Positions 26,101 through 41,300 of a stretch of 64,000 nt of DNA are shown here, in pieces. The first letter of the stretch is position 1. Every line of letters starts with the position of its first letter. The notes beneath the pieces were generated by a model. It was given only the letters and a program-made list of their open reading frames with translations. It did not search any database and was not told the DNA's origin. Made by a program: the position numbers and the translations under genes. Origin of the DNA: Octopus vulgaris (taxonomy: Eukaryota); assembly GCA_951406725.2 (NCBI GenBank), contig OX597820.1, positions 93,496,001-93,560,000 of the forward strand. The letters run 5' to 3'.

Positions 26101-29100
26101 CGGGGGGGCTGATGTAATCAACTTAACCCCCTCCTCGAAATTACTGGCTTTGTGCTAAAAATTTGAAACCATTATTAGAGTCCATGTCTACAGTGGAGTC
26201 TTTTAAAATTATTGTTTTAATATTTATTTTTCTAAGCTAAAGCTGATGAGATAGAAGTTTATTGTTTTTAATATCTGAGATGCTCATGAAATTGGAAAGA
26301 AAGACAAACACTGCAAAACATTCTGTTTGCAAAATGGAAAAAGTAAGTTGTACTCTGATATTACTTGCATAGCCTAATGCAAATGATATGACTTTCTCCT
26401 CAGCCTTCTATTTCAAAATGTGCATGTGATTGTGGCTACTACAGTAGAATCTGCTTCTCAAAATAGTCTGGTTTCATGCCACTTCCAATCAGTCCTTCCT
26501 GAATTTCTTGTCTCACCATCTCCTATCATCTATGCTGTGTCCATTCCCATTCCTTGCCAAGTACTAACCACATTTCCTGGAAGGGTCAGTCCTAGAGAAA
26601 TGCTTCCTTTTATATTTTTCGCCTACAGCTGTTCATTAATATCAATCATGTCGAGCACAAGTCTCAGAGGGCCTGTGAAGGCCTCATCTCCCACAGCAAG
26701 TCATTTGAAATAAGGAAAGTATTATCTTATAGCAGGATGTGATCTGTCAAGTTCACCATTTTGCCATGATGTAGACATGGAACTAATTTTTGTCTATTAG
26801 ATAATATAAGACTAGCAGAGTTATCTACCTTGTCCTGATGTTTTGCTATGGCTGACAAATTATCATGAAGATCCTGTGATAAGTAGTCTAACATCTTGAC
26901 CTGACATTTATTGTGATCAATTAATTAATGTTAAGAAGCTCAGGTTTACCACTGGAATAATAATTCTCTCTAACTACTTTTAAGGAATCTCTATGAAGTG
27001 ACTCTACTTGCAAGAAATAGCAGTAAAATCTCCCTCAAATCACACCCAAACTATCTTAAAGAAAAGGGTAATATGATTTCGTTAAATTTCTTTTAATCAC
27101 TTATAAAATGTTAATGACACTCAACAACTGGAAGCCACTTACGCCTGCCTCGCCTAAGGAAATTGATAGTACAGTATTTTCTGTTTTTTAGATGTTGTGC
27201 TGTAGTTTAAGGAAGATTTGGCTGCCATTTCTAGCAGGTCAAGAGATAATGTAAAATTTTTGCCTTCATTGTGCATGCTTATTACCATGACAACAATCAA
27301 TTGTGACTTCTGATATGTGGCAATGGAAGTTTTTGATTGGCTAAAATTACATCACTTATGATGCCTGTAACTTCTTTATTATTAATTTCTAGAAAAAAAA
27401 ATTAATGTGATTTTCATCAACAGCATGCAAAACTACGTTAAAAAGAAAATGTGGCAAAAATTTGAAATGCCGCAAGTCATTGAAAGAAATTTGATGAGAT
27501 CTGGATAATGTAAGTTCAGAGTACATTATGCCTGGGAGAAAAGAAAAACAACAGATAACCAAAGCTTGAATAAAGTTGATCAAAGATCTGGTGTCTAAGA
27601 GCTGATTTGGGTTAAACAACAACGTGAAAATAGCCAATAAGGGTGGTCTTTAGTGGATAATCAGCATGACAGAAATAGCAGCCAAATCTCCTACCATAAT
27701 GAAAAAAGAGGGACACATTGGATAATGTAGTCCTAGTATGATATGCCTGAGAAAAAGATGGGACAGACAGTGCTAGAATGTCTTTGCTTGATCAAGGCTG
27801 ACCACAAGGTTAAACAGCAACATTAAAACAGCTAAGGGAGTCTTCACATGACTTGCTAGAAATAACAGCTAAGTTTCTTTCAAAAACCATTCTACAATCT
27901 TAAAAAAATGAAAGGATGTATGATACATGATTTATTAGTCATGGTGGGAACGCTTTTGACCATAGATGAGTCAGCTGGATCAAAGCTGATTTGTAGCTGA
28001 ACAACAATATCAAAATGACTGTCTTCAATCTTTTAGTTGACTGAATTGACCTCAGTACTTCTTTTTGGTTAAGAAAACAAGTTAACATAGTTCAAAACAG
28101 GTAGTACTTGCCAGGTAAAGTTGAATTAATATAAAGGGGATGGGGATTATTATTTCAGTAAATCATCAACCAGCCAGGTGCCCTCCTTGCGTTCAGGGAC
28201 TGACTTTCCAAGACTCTTCAGTTCTCTCTCTGTGTTGTGTTGCATACATGCATACAACTAATCAGGCTCTTGTTTCCAGTCCTTTCCGGATATTGTTAGT
28301 CCAAAGATGTCTTTGACAGCCTCTCATTCTCTTCGTTTCCACATCTCTGCTATGTCCAAAACATGATAACTTTGAGGACTCTATTCTCAACAATGGCTGT
28401 CTTTGGACTTTCAGCTTTTCTAGGACTGCAGTGTTCATTATCTAGTCTTTCCGGCTTATTCTGCCTAATTTATGAAAGTTCCACATCTCAAAGGTTTCTC
28501 TGTCTTCTTCTCCATTGCTGTGTACACTGTCCAAATTTTCACCCTGTAGAGGACAACTGGCATAATCTAACAGTTTATTAGCCTCAATTTTAGGTGCAGT
28601 GTTATATATCTTTGAGGTGAAGAGCTGTTTCATTCTTATAAACACTGTTTATAAATGTCTTATAAATGTAGATATCAATTAATTGAATAACTTATGAGGA
28701 ATAACTCAATGAAGGAACCTCTACATAGTTACTCAATTTGCTAGAAATAACAGCCAAATATCTAACAAATCACATGACCATTTACATTGAATAGTATAGC
28801 CCTTGATACACAATGCTTAAATTTAAGATAGAAACCATCCTGCTTTTCAACCAAAGGCTAAACAACCTCAAATAATCAAAAACTATATTGATTTCTTACA
28901 TAGCTACAGGAAGTGGGGGATGTAGATAAGTTTTACAAAGAAGAAAAATGAGACTGTGATGGTCATGGCTTTCACAACAAGAACATTGGAGATTGGTGTA
29001 TTAAGAAAAAAGAGAGCAACTTACGTTTTGAACTGTACGTAAACATTACCACGGAGATGAGGTTCATAATTACAAGATACTTTGAACTGAACAACTTGTG

Positions 29101-32100
29101 CCACTGCTTTGAACTCAGGTAAAACATCTTCATAGAATTCCTTGAAATTTTCATAAATTTCCCCTTCTTCAAATTCAAGTGTTAAATCTACAAAAAGCAT
29201 AGAGATTTCATAATTTATGACTTATATACACATATATATATAATTTCACTATGTTGAACTGTTAATGCCCACACATTTTTTTCTCTCTGTTTTTACCCTT
29301 TAATCCTTTCTGTCAAAGAGCGTAGGCTCAGAATGCAAAAGACTTTTCCATTCTTTTCAAGTGTTAAATTGATACTCCTGCCTGTTTTTCTTACACCTGT
29401 CTTCGTCTTTTGCTTTCTGTAAATTTGAACTATATATATGTGTGTGTGTGTGTTTTTTATTATTAATGAAATGATAAGTGCCAATGCACAAAACTCTTGG
29501 CCCTTGAGTCACTCTGAAACCTCTGCTGATTATTAAAAATAAAATATAGGAGTGGCTGTGTGGCAAGTAGCTTGCTTACCAACCACATGGTTCCGGGTTC
29601 AGTCCCACTGCATGGCACCTTGGGCAAGTGTCTTCTACTATAGCCTTGGGCTGGCCAAAGCCTTGTGAGTGGATTTGGTAGGAGGAAACTGAAAGAAGCC
29701 CGTCGTATATATATGCTGGTGTGTTTATGTCCCCGTAACTTAGCGGTTCAGCATGAGAGACCGATAGAATAAGTACTAAGCTTACAAAGAATAAGTCCTG
29801 GGGTCGATTTGCTCGACTAAAGGTGGTGCTCCAGCATGGCCACAGTTAAATGACTGAAACAAGTAAAAGAATATACATTCATGTGCACTAATACATATTC
29901 CATAATTAGTACATTTGTGTGTTAAAAATTGAGGTCGATGAGGTTGAGTGAGCTTTTGACCTTTGTTATTTACAATATGATGGTAATATTAATGTAATTA
30001 GTAATGTACATAATTAGTACATTTGTGTGTTAAAAATTGAGGTCGATGAGGTCGAGTGAGCTTTTGACCTTTGTTATTTACAATATGATGGTAATATTAA
30101 TGTAATTAGTAATGTAAGATTAAGAGAAACAATAATCATTGATTTCTAATTGACTGATAATGTAGATATCACTTATTTGTCTACTTCATATTTCGAGAGG
30201 AAAACAACAAAATCCTTCTTTCATCTGACAAGGTCTAACTACAGTTAAGTAATGAGGGGCCAGCACCAATTAGGAATGCAGGCTTTGATAAGACTGATAT
30301 AGTCGATTTTTAGTTTAAACACATGCAAACCAATGTCTGACAGAAAACATATCATCATCATCATCAACGTCCATCATTTGTTCACTGTTCCATGCTTGCA
30401 TGGGTTGGTCAGTTTTGTTGAGATGGATTTTCTATGGCCAGATGCCCTTCCTGTCACCAACCCTCACCTGTTTCCAAGATATGTTATTGGAGAATGAAGA
30501 CACCACTTGCATGACAGTGATGCTCGTTTACAACTATCACAAGATGTCAAGTCAAGGAGAAAGTAATATAAATGCATGCACGCACACACATACACAAATA
30601 TACACCTATACACTATGGGCTGCTTTTAATTTCCATCAATCAAATCTGCTCGCAAGGCTTTGGTCAGAAGACATTTGCCCAAAGTGTTACACCATGGGAC
30701 TGCACCCAAAGCCATATGATTATGAAGCAAACTTCTTACTATACAGCCATGCATGTGGAAAAAACAAAAAGGAGTTCAGAAAAGTTAACATTCTTATTTC
30801 TTTAATGCCCACAAGGGCCTAAACACAGAGGGGACAAACAACGAGATTAAGTCGATTACATCGACCCCAGTGTGTAACTGGTACTTGATTTATCGACCCT
30901 GAAAGGCAAAGTCGACCTAGGTTGAATTTGAACTCAGAACATAACGGCAGACGAAATACTGCTAAGCATTTCACCCGGTGTGCTAACGTTTCTGCCAGCT
31001 CGCCATTAAAAGTTAACATTCTGGGGAGCAAGGATTGGAAGCAGGATTGGAGCTGCAGGTGGGGAAGTATAGGTGACAAAAAGAGGACAAGGTGGTATTC
31101 AGGTAAATTTCATCATCATCATCATTTAACGTTTGTTTTCCAATCTGGCATGGGTTGGACAGTTTGACAGGAGCTGACCGGGCAAAGGGTTGTCCAAGCT
31201 TCATGTCCGTAATGGCATGGTTTCTACAGCTGGATGCCCTTCCTATTGCCAATCTCTTTACTGAGTTTGCTGGGTGCTTTTACGCAGCACTGGCACAGGT
31301 GCTTTTTACACGGCACCAGCACTTATGAGCCCACAAGATCAGGGATGCTCAGCTTGAGAGGGCTGCAAGGGACAAGCTTGTGGGCAAGGGAACCATACTT
31401 TTACTTAGCTTGACATGTCTTTTCAAGCACAGCAAACCACCAGGAGTCTCGGTCCCCTGTCATCTCCACCATGACTTCTAATGAGTCACTTAACATTTCA
31501 CAATACTCAGCTACTTACATGGCTGAGTATTTCACAGCCATATGTACTCTTAACATAATTCTTAAGTAGAATAAGTGACACAATGCAACAAGGCAGATCT
31601 TTTGAATTACAAGTACAGTTTATTCCAATGGGCTTCTATAATTTCCACATATCCAATTTCACTAGCAAAACTGCATCAAACCAAAGCCATTGTAGAAAAC
31701 ATTTGATCAAGACACCACTCAATGGGATTGAACTCAAGACCTTAAGATTGTGCAGCAAACCTCTTAACCACTCAGCCATGACACACATAGAACAATGTGT
31801 TGACAGTAATAACAAGATAATATATTCACCAGTATCATAGTCATCTTGGGCATTATCCAATGTCATGTGAGTGTACATTCCAGGAAAAACTAAAGTGGTA
31901 CACACCTCTGGTTCAGGATGGTTTCGAGAGCATCTACAATACATACAGACATAATCAATTTTATGAATATAAACACATTAAGTTCTACTTTATTATAATA
32001 ACTGTAAGAAAAACAAAGTGTTTATCAATGAATAAATAACTGCAATTTTTTCCCAACAAAAATGAACTGATGTTAAGTAATTATAGCACTTATAATAGCT

Positions 32101-32295
32101 TCAATAATATTTTCCTGGCTGGTTTAGTTATAAACAATGAAGAACTACTCAAAATAAGGAGAGAAAAGTAAAACTTTGAACAGCAAAAGAAGTCAGTTAC
32201 ACAGTTACAATATAAACTGTAAACAACTAGCCTGAACAGAGAAAGAAAATATAGAGACAGAGAACAGAGAGAAAGGATGAAAATTTTATATATAT

Positions 32296-32333
<38 letters not shown>

Positions 32334-35300
32334 CAGACAAGAAAGTAAATTTCAAATGCAGTGTAACTATGAAACCAGCAGACAAAGATTGGGTATTTAC
32401 CCTTATAAAACAAAGTTGCCAGCAGGTGGCTACAAACACACACACACACACAGACAGAGGCATTACATCATCGGCATTATTAAATGTCCACCTAGCCATT
32501 CTGTTATGGATTGGATTGGTCGACACGAACCAGAAGACAGTGTCTGCTTTGGGATGGTTTCTACAGCTGGATGCCCTTCCTAACACCAACCACTTCACAG
32601 TGTGCACTGCATTAGGGTTAGGTTTTCACGGTGCCAGCACAGATGAGATTACAAAGTACCAGCGAGACAAGACCCTTCAACTAAATAGAGTATAGTACTA
32701 AGAGATAAGAAAGTAAGATATAGGGGGATAGGAACAGGTGTCTTGATGAAGAGGTAAATACAAGAATTGTCCATCAGGAAAGAGAAAGATAGAGATGTGA
32801 GGTCAAAGTTCAAGCTGAAAACAAAAGATGGAATAGGGGGATCTGTAGTTAAGTATGCTAGAGTGAGAATAATGTGACAGATGATTAGAGATAGGGAGTG
32901 AATTGGATGCTGAGAACATCAGTTCAGTAGATGGGAGGTGAAGTAAGGAAACAGGGTACTACAGAAAACTGACTGAAGAATGGGTATCAGAAGACGAGTT
33001 GTGGAGGAAAGCTTGACAGAACCTCAACTCTGCTGAGATGAATTGGTCTTCTTAAACACAGCATAGGGCCATTCAACTCAATCATCCATCATCTCTTCCA
33101 AAAGCATCTTGAGGTCACTTTCCTCGCTCAACCTGTTGCACAGGCTCCTTCCATGTTTAGTAATTGGAACTTCTTTATACAGCTGTTCTCATCAGTTAAC
33201 ACCACTTGACCATACCAGCACAATCTTCTCTCCTTCACAACACATTTGATGCATCTTATACTCCATTTTTCTCTTAACACATATGTACTTTGTCATACAG
33301 CCATCAGACCATGTTAGTTTAATTTCTTTCTAGTCTTTGCAGGTCTCCTGAATTCACAGCCCTAGTTTCACAACCTTGTCGCATTGCTATTTGTACACAG
33401 GCATCATATAATCTGCCTCTCACTCTGAACTTTCTTCAGCTAGTTCTTATTTTAGCAACTATACTTTCATAAGATCCTCCTCAACTGTTAACTGGTCACA
33501 ATGGTAACAGAAACTATCTACTACTTCTAGGGAGCCTCCTGTGCATTCCAGGATATCTATTTCCTGTGAACAAATATTCTTTATTGCTCCTGCACACATA
33601 CCACTAATATATTCTACTTTCTCCATTGACCTTCCCGTGATTTCACTGGACCTCTTATGAGGCAATAGTTTGCACTGAGGACACTGTATGGAATATCTAC
33701 ACATGAAGCAGGGCCATTTACCTGAGATGATTAGCGTTCTATTTGTCTACCTGCTTACTAGAACTTCAGTCTTTTGCTAAGTTAACTTTAAAATGCTCTG
33801 ATTCCAGATTTTGCAACCACACCCGGAATTTCATTTTTAGTTCTACTAATTTCACTTATAAGAACAAGGGCACCAGCAAAGAGGAGCTCCTATGGGCAGC
33901 TGTTCTTAAATTCTTCTGTTATAGCCTGAAGGACTATGATAAAGAAGCAAGGATATAACCAAACTCTTACACACTAAGTTTATTGCTGCACTCATTAATT
34001 CTGAGTTAATGATGCTGACAGCATCCCTGAATATGGTTCGAATGGTCCTCTCTAGCCATTCACCTACTCTTAGCTTCCACAGTAACCACTGGATGAAGAA
34101 GCAAGGTACTCTGTCAAAGGCTTTCTCCAGGTCTAAAAATGTTTAGTATGTATGTACACACACACAAAGGATAGTGATGTTCTTTTATAAGTTCACGAGT
34201 TGCAATGAAGCTGGGGCACTGTTTTCTAGGGTACAGTCCATTACATTGATCCTGCTATTTATTCTTACTGATCTTGGAAAGAAGAAAGACAATGCAAACC
34301 TGGGTAGAAGATGAACTCCGAGCATAGAAGAACATAACCAAAAACCACAACATTCAAGCAATTCTACCAGTCTACATTTTTTATTAATAAAATACACAAA
34401 TATTTTTTGAATGATAATGAAACGTCAAGAAGGAAGAAAATATTTTCATATATGAATAATGAAATCAACTGTAATAATCTTATAAAATAACATATATGCA
34501 GTTGAACTATTATTTATAGTTGAACTGACAAGCAAAATCATTTATAGAAGACTTATTCACACATACTGTGATGCTTCTAAATTAATATTCTAAATGAATA
34601 ACTCTCTGCCTGAAAAATGAAAAGTATGTAGTTGTCTGAATAAGCGATGAATACGATGATGTTGTGCTCAAATTTAATGCAATGTAAATTTACCTTTCTC
34701 CAAATCGGCATGCACCAGTTTTGGCAAAAAACGAACAAACTTCAACGTCTCTCTTTTGGTGATGGTAGCTGATTGGAGCAAGTGGGTTGTGAGAACACTG
34801 CCCTCCCTATAAGATGGAGTTAGTGAATATTAAGAAATGTCAATAAGAAGAGAAAATAGAATCAGATAAATACAAAGAGTTATCTGCCCTTTGAAGGTGA
34901 TGTGAATGAGACATAAAACAAATACAAGAATTAGCGAACGTCATATACAGTAATCCCTCGCCTATCGCGGGTGTTACGTCCTAAAACCTCCCGTGATAGT
35001 TGAAAATCTGCAAAGTAGAAACAGTTCTGTACTGTATATATATATTTTTTATCACTTTTATAATTTGCATATATTTATTTTATTATAAATGCAAAACAAC
35101 ACCACTCACTTGCCTCCCGAGTTACGGTTTCCATACATTATGTGCAATTCTTCGTTTACTCATCTACGGTACACTACAGATTTTCTTTTAATATATAATA
35201 ATTAATGCGTTAACAGTACAGTACTGTAGCCTATTTTTATTTATTAATACATTCATTTTTTTGGCGTGAAAATGATTATTTTAGTGCTGAAATAATTAAA

Positions 35301-38300
35301 ATCTAAAACATTATAAATACCTATTGGCTGCAGAAACCCGCGATATAAATTTACATATATTATCCAGAAAAATCCGCGATGTACTGAGCGCATGATAGGT
35401 GAATCGTGATGTACTGAGTCCGTGATATGGTGAGGGATTACTATATTGCAAACAGTACACAACTTTTATTAAACATAAGTTTTATAATGTCAAGAAAATC
35501 TAAAAAGAGACATTTATTACTATTATTAGAATGAGTGGGTTTGCTCATGATGGTGTTAAGCATTTTGTCTGGCATGCTAACAATTCTGCCAGCTCATAAC
35601 CTTCAGCCTCCTAAAATAATAATAATAATAATTCAAAAAACGTAAAATATGTTAGTTAATACTCACAGAATTTAGTGCCTGATTAATTGTTGCTTCTTTC
35701 AGTAGTGCTTCCTGCAATAGTGAATTGGGTGTCAGAAATAGGAATAATTGTCTAGGATAGCAGTATTAGGTGAACAATGCTGGTATCATTGTGCCTGTAT
35801 GCATATGTGTGTATATATAGATATATATACACACACACATACATATGAATGGCATATGGAAACAGAAGGCCTGCAAATACTTGAAACATGAGTTAAGGTA
35901 ACAATCCAAGTTTAGCTTTCATAATATATTGAGTTAATAGAAAGAAATTGTAGAAATGCATGGAGTTAATTTGAACAGAAATTTTAACAGTTTATTTATT
36001 GAAAAGGAAAAGGAGAAAACAAAGAAGGGTCTACACCCCAAAACATTGGGGTTAATATACATTTCTTTATTGCCCACAAAGGGATTGAGGTGATTTCATT
36101 GACCTCAGTGTGTAAGTGGTATTTATTTAATTGACCCCGAAAAGACGAAAAGCAAAGTCGACCTCGACGGAATTTGAACTCAGAACATAAAGGCAGATGA
36201 AATACCGCTAAGCATTTTGCCTGGCATGCTAATGATTCTGCCAGCTCGCCGCCCTCAATTGGGGTTAATATTGTCATTGTACAACTAAACTAGTGGCGAT
36301 ATAGTAGAGGCAGGGTGGGTGTTAGATGAATAGGTTCAAGAAGAACATTAATGACATCAATCTAGGAGAGCCTGCAAGGCCATAGGCATTGCCCCTTCCT
36401 CCAGTACTATTGAACTAAAAAACGAAAGTTCTGATGGTGAAGGGCTGGGTAAAGTACTCACTCTAGTGTTTGTAATGTGTGTGAGGGTGTGGGGTGGATG
36501 GGGGGAATGTAGAGCAACAAACAGTAAGAACGATGTAAGCAGAGCTGTCTTAAGACATAGGCACACTGTGTAGTTGCCCAGGGGCCTAATGTGTCTAGGA
36601 ACCTAGTTCTGATCTACGTATGCTTGGCTTGCTGTCAATACATAAATACTCTAGGGCTCAGCACACTGATTTGTCTGGGGAAATCTATAATACTGCTGAG
36701 ATGGCCCTCAGTGTGAGGAGAAAAAAAGCCGGTGAAACAAGTGGGTTTAATTTGAAAAAAAAAAAAAAAGCTGTCTATCAGCAGGATTGATAGTAAAACT
36801 ACCCAACAGACAGACAAATAATACAGGGTTCAATTCCACTGCAAGGCACTGTGGGCAAGTGTTTTCTCCAGCTTTGGGAGAGAAATTTAGAAGATAGAAG
36901 CAGAGGAGAATGCAGTTGGATGTGAACCAACAAAGGAGCATCTATGTAGTAATTCGATCTGCTAGAAACAGCAGCTAAATCTACCTCAACTCACACTGCT
37001 GTCTTAAACAATAAAAGGACATGTTAAATAACATAGTCCTTCATATGCTTAAAAAGGAGGTGGAATACCTTTAAGCATATGTCTGTTCACTTAAGGTTGA
37101 CCAAACTGAAGCTACACATCTAACCATTTATTCCCCTCTTGCTATCCACCACACTCTCAGCCCTATCATATCTAGTTCCGAAATCACATTAAAAATCACC
37201 CAATACATTATGTTAAGTGTGAAACTGGGAGATCTCTTTAAAATTATTGAAGGCATGACAATTTTCCTAGCACTGCTGCCACTGTTAAGGTCACTCCCTC
37301 TGATGAAGAGAATTTATTTTTAACTACCCACAAGGGGCTAAACACAGAGAGGACAAACAAGAACAGACAAACGGATTAAATCAATTACATCGACCCCAGG
37401 TGTAACTGGTACTTAATTTATTGACCCCGAAAGGATGAAAGGCAAAGTCGACCTCGGCGGAATTTGAACTCAGAACATAACGGCAGACGAAATACGGCTA
37501 CGCATTTCGCCCGGCATGCTAACGTTTCTGCCAGCTCGCTGATGAAGAGAATTGACCTGCAAGAGTCCTGTGGTGGTACCATGTTAAAAGCACCCAGCAC
37601 ACACTGTGAAGTGGGTGGCATTAGGAAGGGCAATTAGCTGTAGAAACCAAACCAAATCAGACAGGAATCTAGTGCAACTCTTCGACTTGCTAGCTCAGGT
37701 CAAACCATCTAACCCATTCCAGCATGGAAAATGGGTGTTAAATGATAATGATGATGATGATGATGAATATTTCCAGATTCAATTTATTCATAAATAAATG
37801 TCCAAGTGGATATGCAGTTGGATCAAACCTTGAACTATATAGTTACAAAACAAACTTCTTAAGCACCAGCTATGTCTTCATTCAGAAGAATAAGCCATAC
37901 TTGAGTAAAAACTTACTCTAGATACACTCAGTACATAATTCTATCAATTCTGTACCAAACATTTTAATATCATCCACTATATATAACAAGCATTGTCCCA
38001 CAAAAGGTTTATTCTTTTATTTGCTTCAGTCATTAGACTGTGGCCATGCTAGGGCACTGCCTCGAAGAATTTAAGTCAAATGAATCAATCCCAGGACTTT
38101 TTTTATTTATTTTTTTAAGCCTGGTACTTATTCTATTAGTCTCTTTTGCCAAACTGCAAAGTCACAAGGGATGTAGTTACATCAACACCAGTTGTCAAGT
38201 GGTGTAGGGGACAAACACAGACATGCACCCACCCACCCACACATATATATATAGAGAGAGAGAGTATATAAGGAGTTTTTGTCAACTGATGTGAAGTAAC

Positions 38301-41300
38301 ACGTCTCTCTGACTCCTCCATCACTGATAACAGGTTACTCAGCTTATGCAATCCTTACTCAATATCGCGATCCACAGACTCTATATGTTTATATTCTCTA
38401 TTTAAATTAAATGTCTTTTACAAATGATGCCAAACATTTTGCTAGTTCATTCTTACCTTAATCTATCTATCTCTCTATCTAGATCTATATCTATCTATCA
38501 GTTCCCACCAACCAAATCCACTCACAAGACTTTGATCAGCCTGAGGTTACAGTAGAAGACACTTGCTTAAAGTGTCATGCAGTAGGACTGAACCCAGAAC
38601 CATGTGGTTGGGAAGCAAGCAGCTTAGCACACAACCACTCCTGTGCCTAGGAAAGTTTTTTGACAATTTACAAATTAAAACATCTATTTAATTTTACAAG
38701 TAAAAATCCATAAAATTCAAAAAATATAAAATGATTACACACACAGAGACACATACATAAATATATACATCATCATCATCATCATCATTTAGCGTCCGTT
38801 TTCCATGCTAGCATGGGTTGGACGGTTTAACTGGGGTCTATGAAGCCGGAAGGCTTCATCAGGCACAGTCAGATTTGGCAGTGTTTCTACAGCTTGATGC
38901 CCTTCCTAACGCCAACCACTCCTCGAGCGTAGTGGGTGTTTTTTACGTGCCACCTGCACATATATATGTATGATGTATATAAATATATATCTATATATCA
39001 ATATGAAACAAAAAGATAAACAGACATAAAATAAATAAAAGATAAATAGAAAGATATAAAATAAAAAGATACAGTTCATCAACAAAGTGTTGCTGCATGA
39101 AATCCAGCTTGTGAAATAGTTAAGGAATGAATTTTAAAAGGCAAAATAGTGCTGAAAGAAAGCATTAGTTTAAAACAGGTTGTTGTTTCCAACAGTTCAC
39201 ACAGTATATTTTGAATCTTAAATAATAGGTTAATAACACAGGAAATATGAAGAAAAAGAAAGAAAAAAAATTTTTCAACTTTGATCAAACTGAAACGAAA
39301 ATCAACTAATTGTGAAGCAATCAAGAAATGTTACTGATGTAGTTTGAGAGAATTACGGTTAGTGGGTCTCACAAAATCACATGACAGACATGTATGTGAG
39401 TATGTATATGTACACCCACAGCCACGGTGATAGCTTAGGAGTGAAATTTAGGATTTCTCGGTTTTCTGTGAATCAATTTTGATAAAATGTTTCCCAGCTG
39501 GTTTGCACAATATGGCAACACCATTATGTTGTTTCCATTATTCTGTGTAATGTTCTTTCTTTTTTATTTCAGATTCTTTAGTTTTTGGGTGGTGAAAGAA
39601 AACAGCCCATCTAGACATTTTTTCAGAAAATGAAGGGTAATGATACATATTAAACATACATTGAGTATATATTTAACAGAAAACCATAATAATGTTATAA
39701 CACTTATTGACATAATGAATTATTTAGCCACATAAGCACAATTTTGGCAGATAACTTCAAAAACCCTATTAGTTATGGAATCTGTCAATTTTTTATAATC
39801 TATTAGCATGGTTCTGGGTGTATATATAAATCATCATCATTTAGTATCTGCTTTCCATGCTGGCATGGGTTAGATGGTTTGACTGGAACTCGTAAGCTGG
39901 AGTTCCAGTCTGATTATATATGTGTGTGTGTGTATAAATACATATATATAAAAACTGGCACTCTGTTGGTTATGACAAGGGTTCCAGTTGAATGGCCTAC
40001 TTGTGGCATTAACATGAGAGTGGCTGAGCACTCCACAGACATGCATACCCTTAACATAGTTCTCAGGGTGATTCAGTGTGATACATAATGTGACAAGGCT
40101 GGTCCTTCTGAATTACAGGTACTACTCATTACTGTCAGCTGAGTGGACTACAGCAACCTGAAATAAAGTGTATTGCTCAAGGACACAATGCCAGAATGGA
40201 AAACAGATGGTGATGATGATGATGACGACAGCGACATATATATAAAATTCTTTCTAATTTTGGCACAAAGTCAGCAATCTTGAGGAGTGACAAAGTCAAC
40301 CAAATCAACCCCCAGAGCTAAACTGGTACACCACAAAAGGATTTAAGATAAAGTTGGCCTCAACAGCATTTAAAATCAGAATATCAAGGGCTGGCAGAAA
40401 TGCCACTAAGCATCTTGTCTGGTGTGACACCAATTCTTCCAGTTCTCCACCTTATACTTGTAAATATAATCATCATTAATTACCCGTAGGGACACCGTAT
40501 TTCATTATGCAACCACAATATACTACAAAGTGTATCAAACATTTTTATAAGCCAATACTGCATTCTACTGTGTTAGCAGTGCTATCAAATCACATGTTAA
40601 GGTGTTAGTAGTGCTTTTAATCACATGTTTATTATTAGCAGTGCTATTAAATCATATGTTAACATGTGTCAATCATTATTGTTTTATATCTGCTTTCCAT
40701 GTGGGCAAGTGTAGGATGGTTGGTCATAGTCAGAGTCAGCATGTATTCCAGAGCTACTGTTCACCTAGACAGTTTGGGAGTCCTCATTTCTTTCGTGTTA
40801 ATTTTTGGTTTGATTTCTATACTTGGATGCTTTTCCTAAAACCACATAGTGTACTCGAAGCTTTTTCTTTTTTTTTGTGGCACCAACACTACAGAAGTGT
40901 CATGCCCTCAACAAAACTAAAGGTTCCTGAGATCTTCATACTTGACAAAGTGTATACTGACACTCTTATCAGTTATGACAATAAGGGTTCCAGTTGATTT
41001 GATCAACAGAACAACCTGCTGGTCAAATTAATGTGCAAGTGACTGAGCACTCCACAGACTCGCATATCCTTAACATAGCTCTCAGGGAGATTCAGCATGA
41101 CGCATCAAATGTGACAAGGCAGGTCCTTTGAAATACAGATACAATTCATTTTTGCCAGCTGAGTGGACTGGAGTAATGTGATATAAAGTGTCGCACTCAA
41201 AAACAGTGTGCTGCTGGGAATTGAACTCATGACCATACAATGGTGAGCTGAATACTTTAACCACTTATTGATGCGGCTTTGCCTGACAGAGTGCACTGAA

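Noticed and set aside
29305-29345. Possible hammerhead remnant (gagcgtaggctc hairpin)
   Set aside because: Both core segments are destroyed in this copy.
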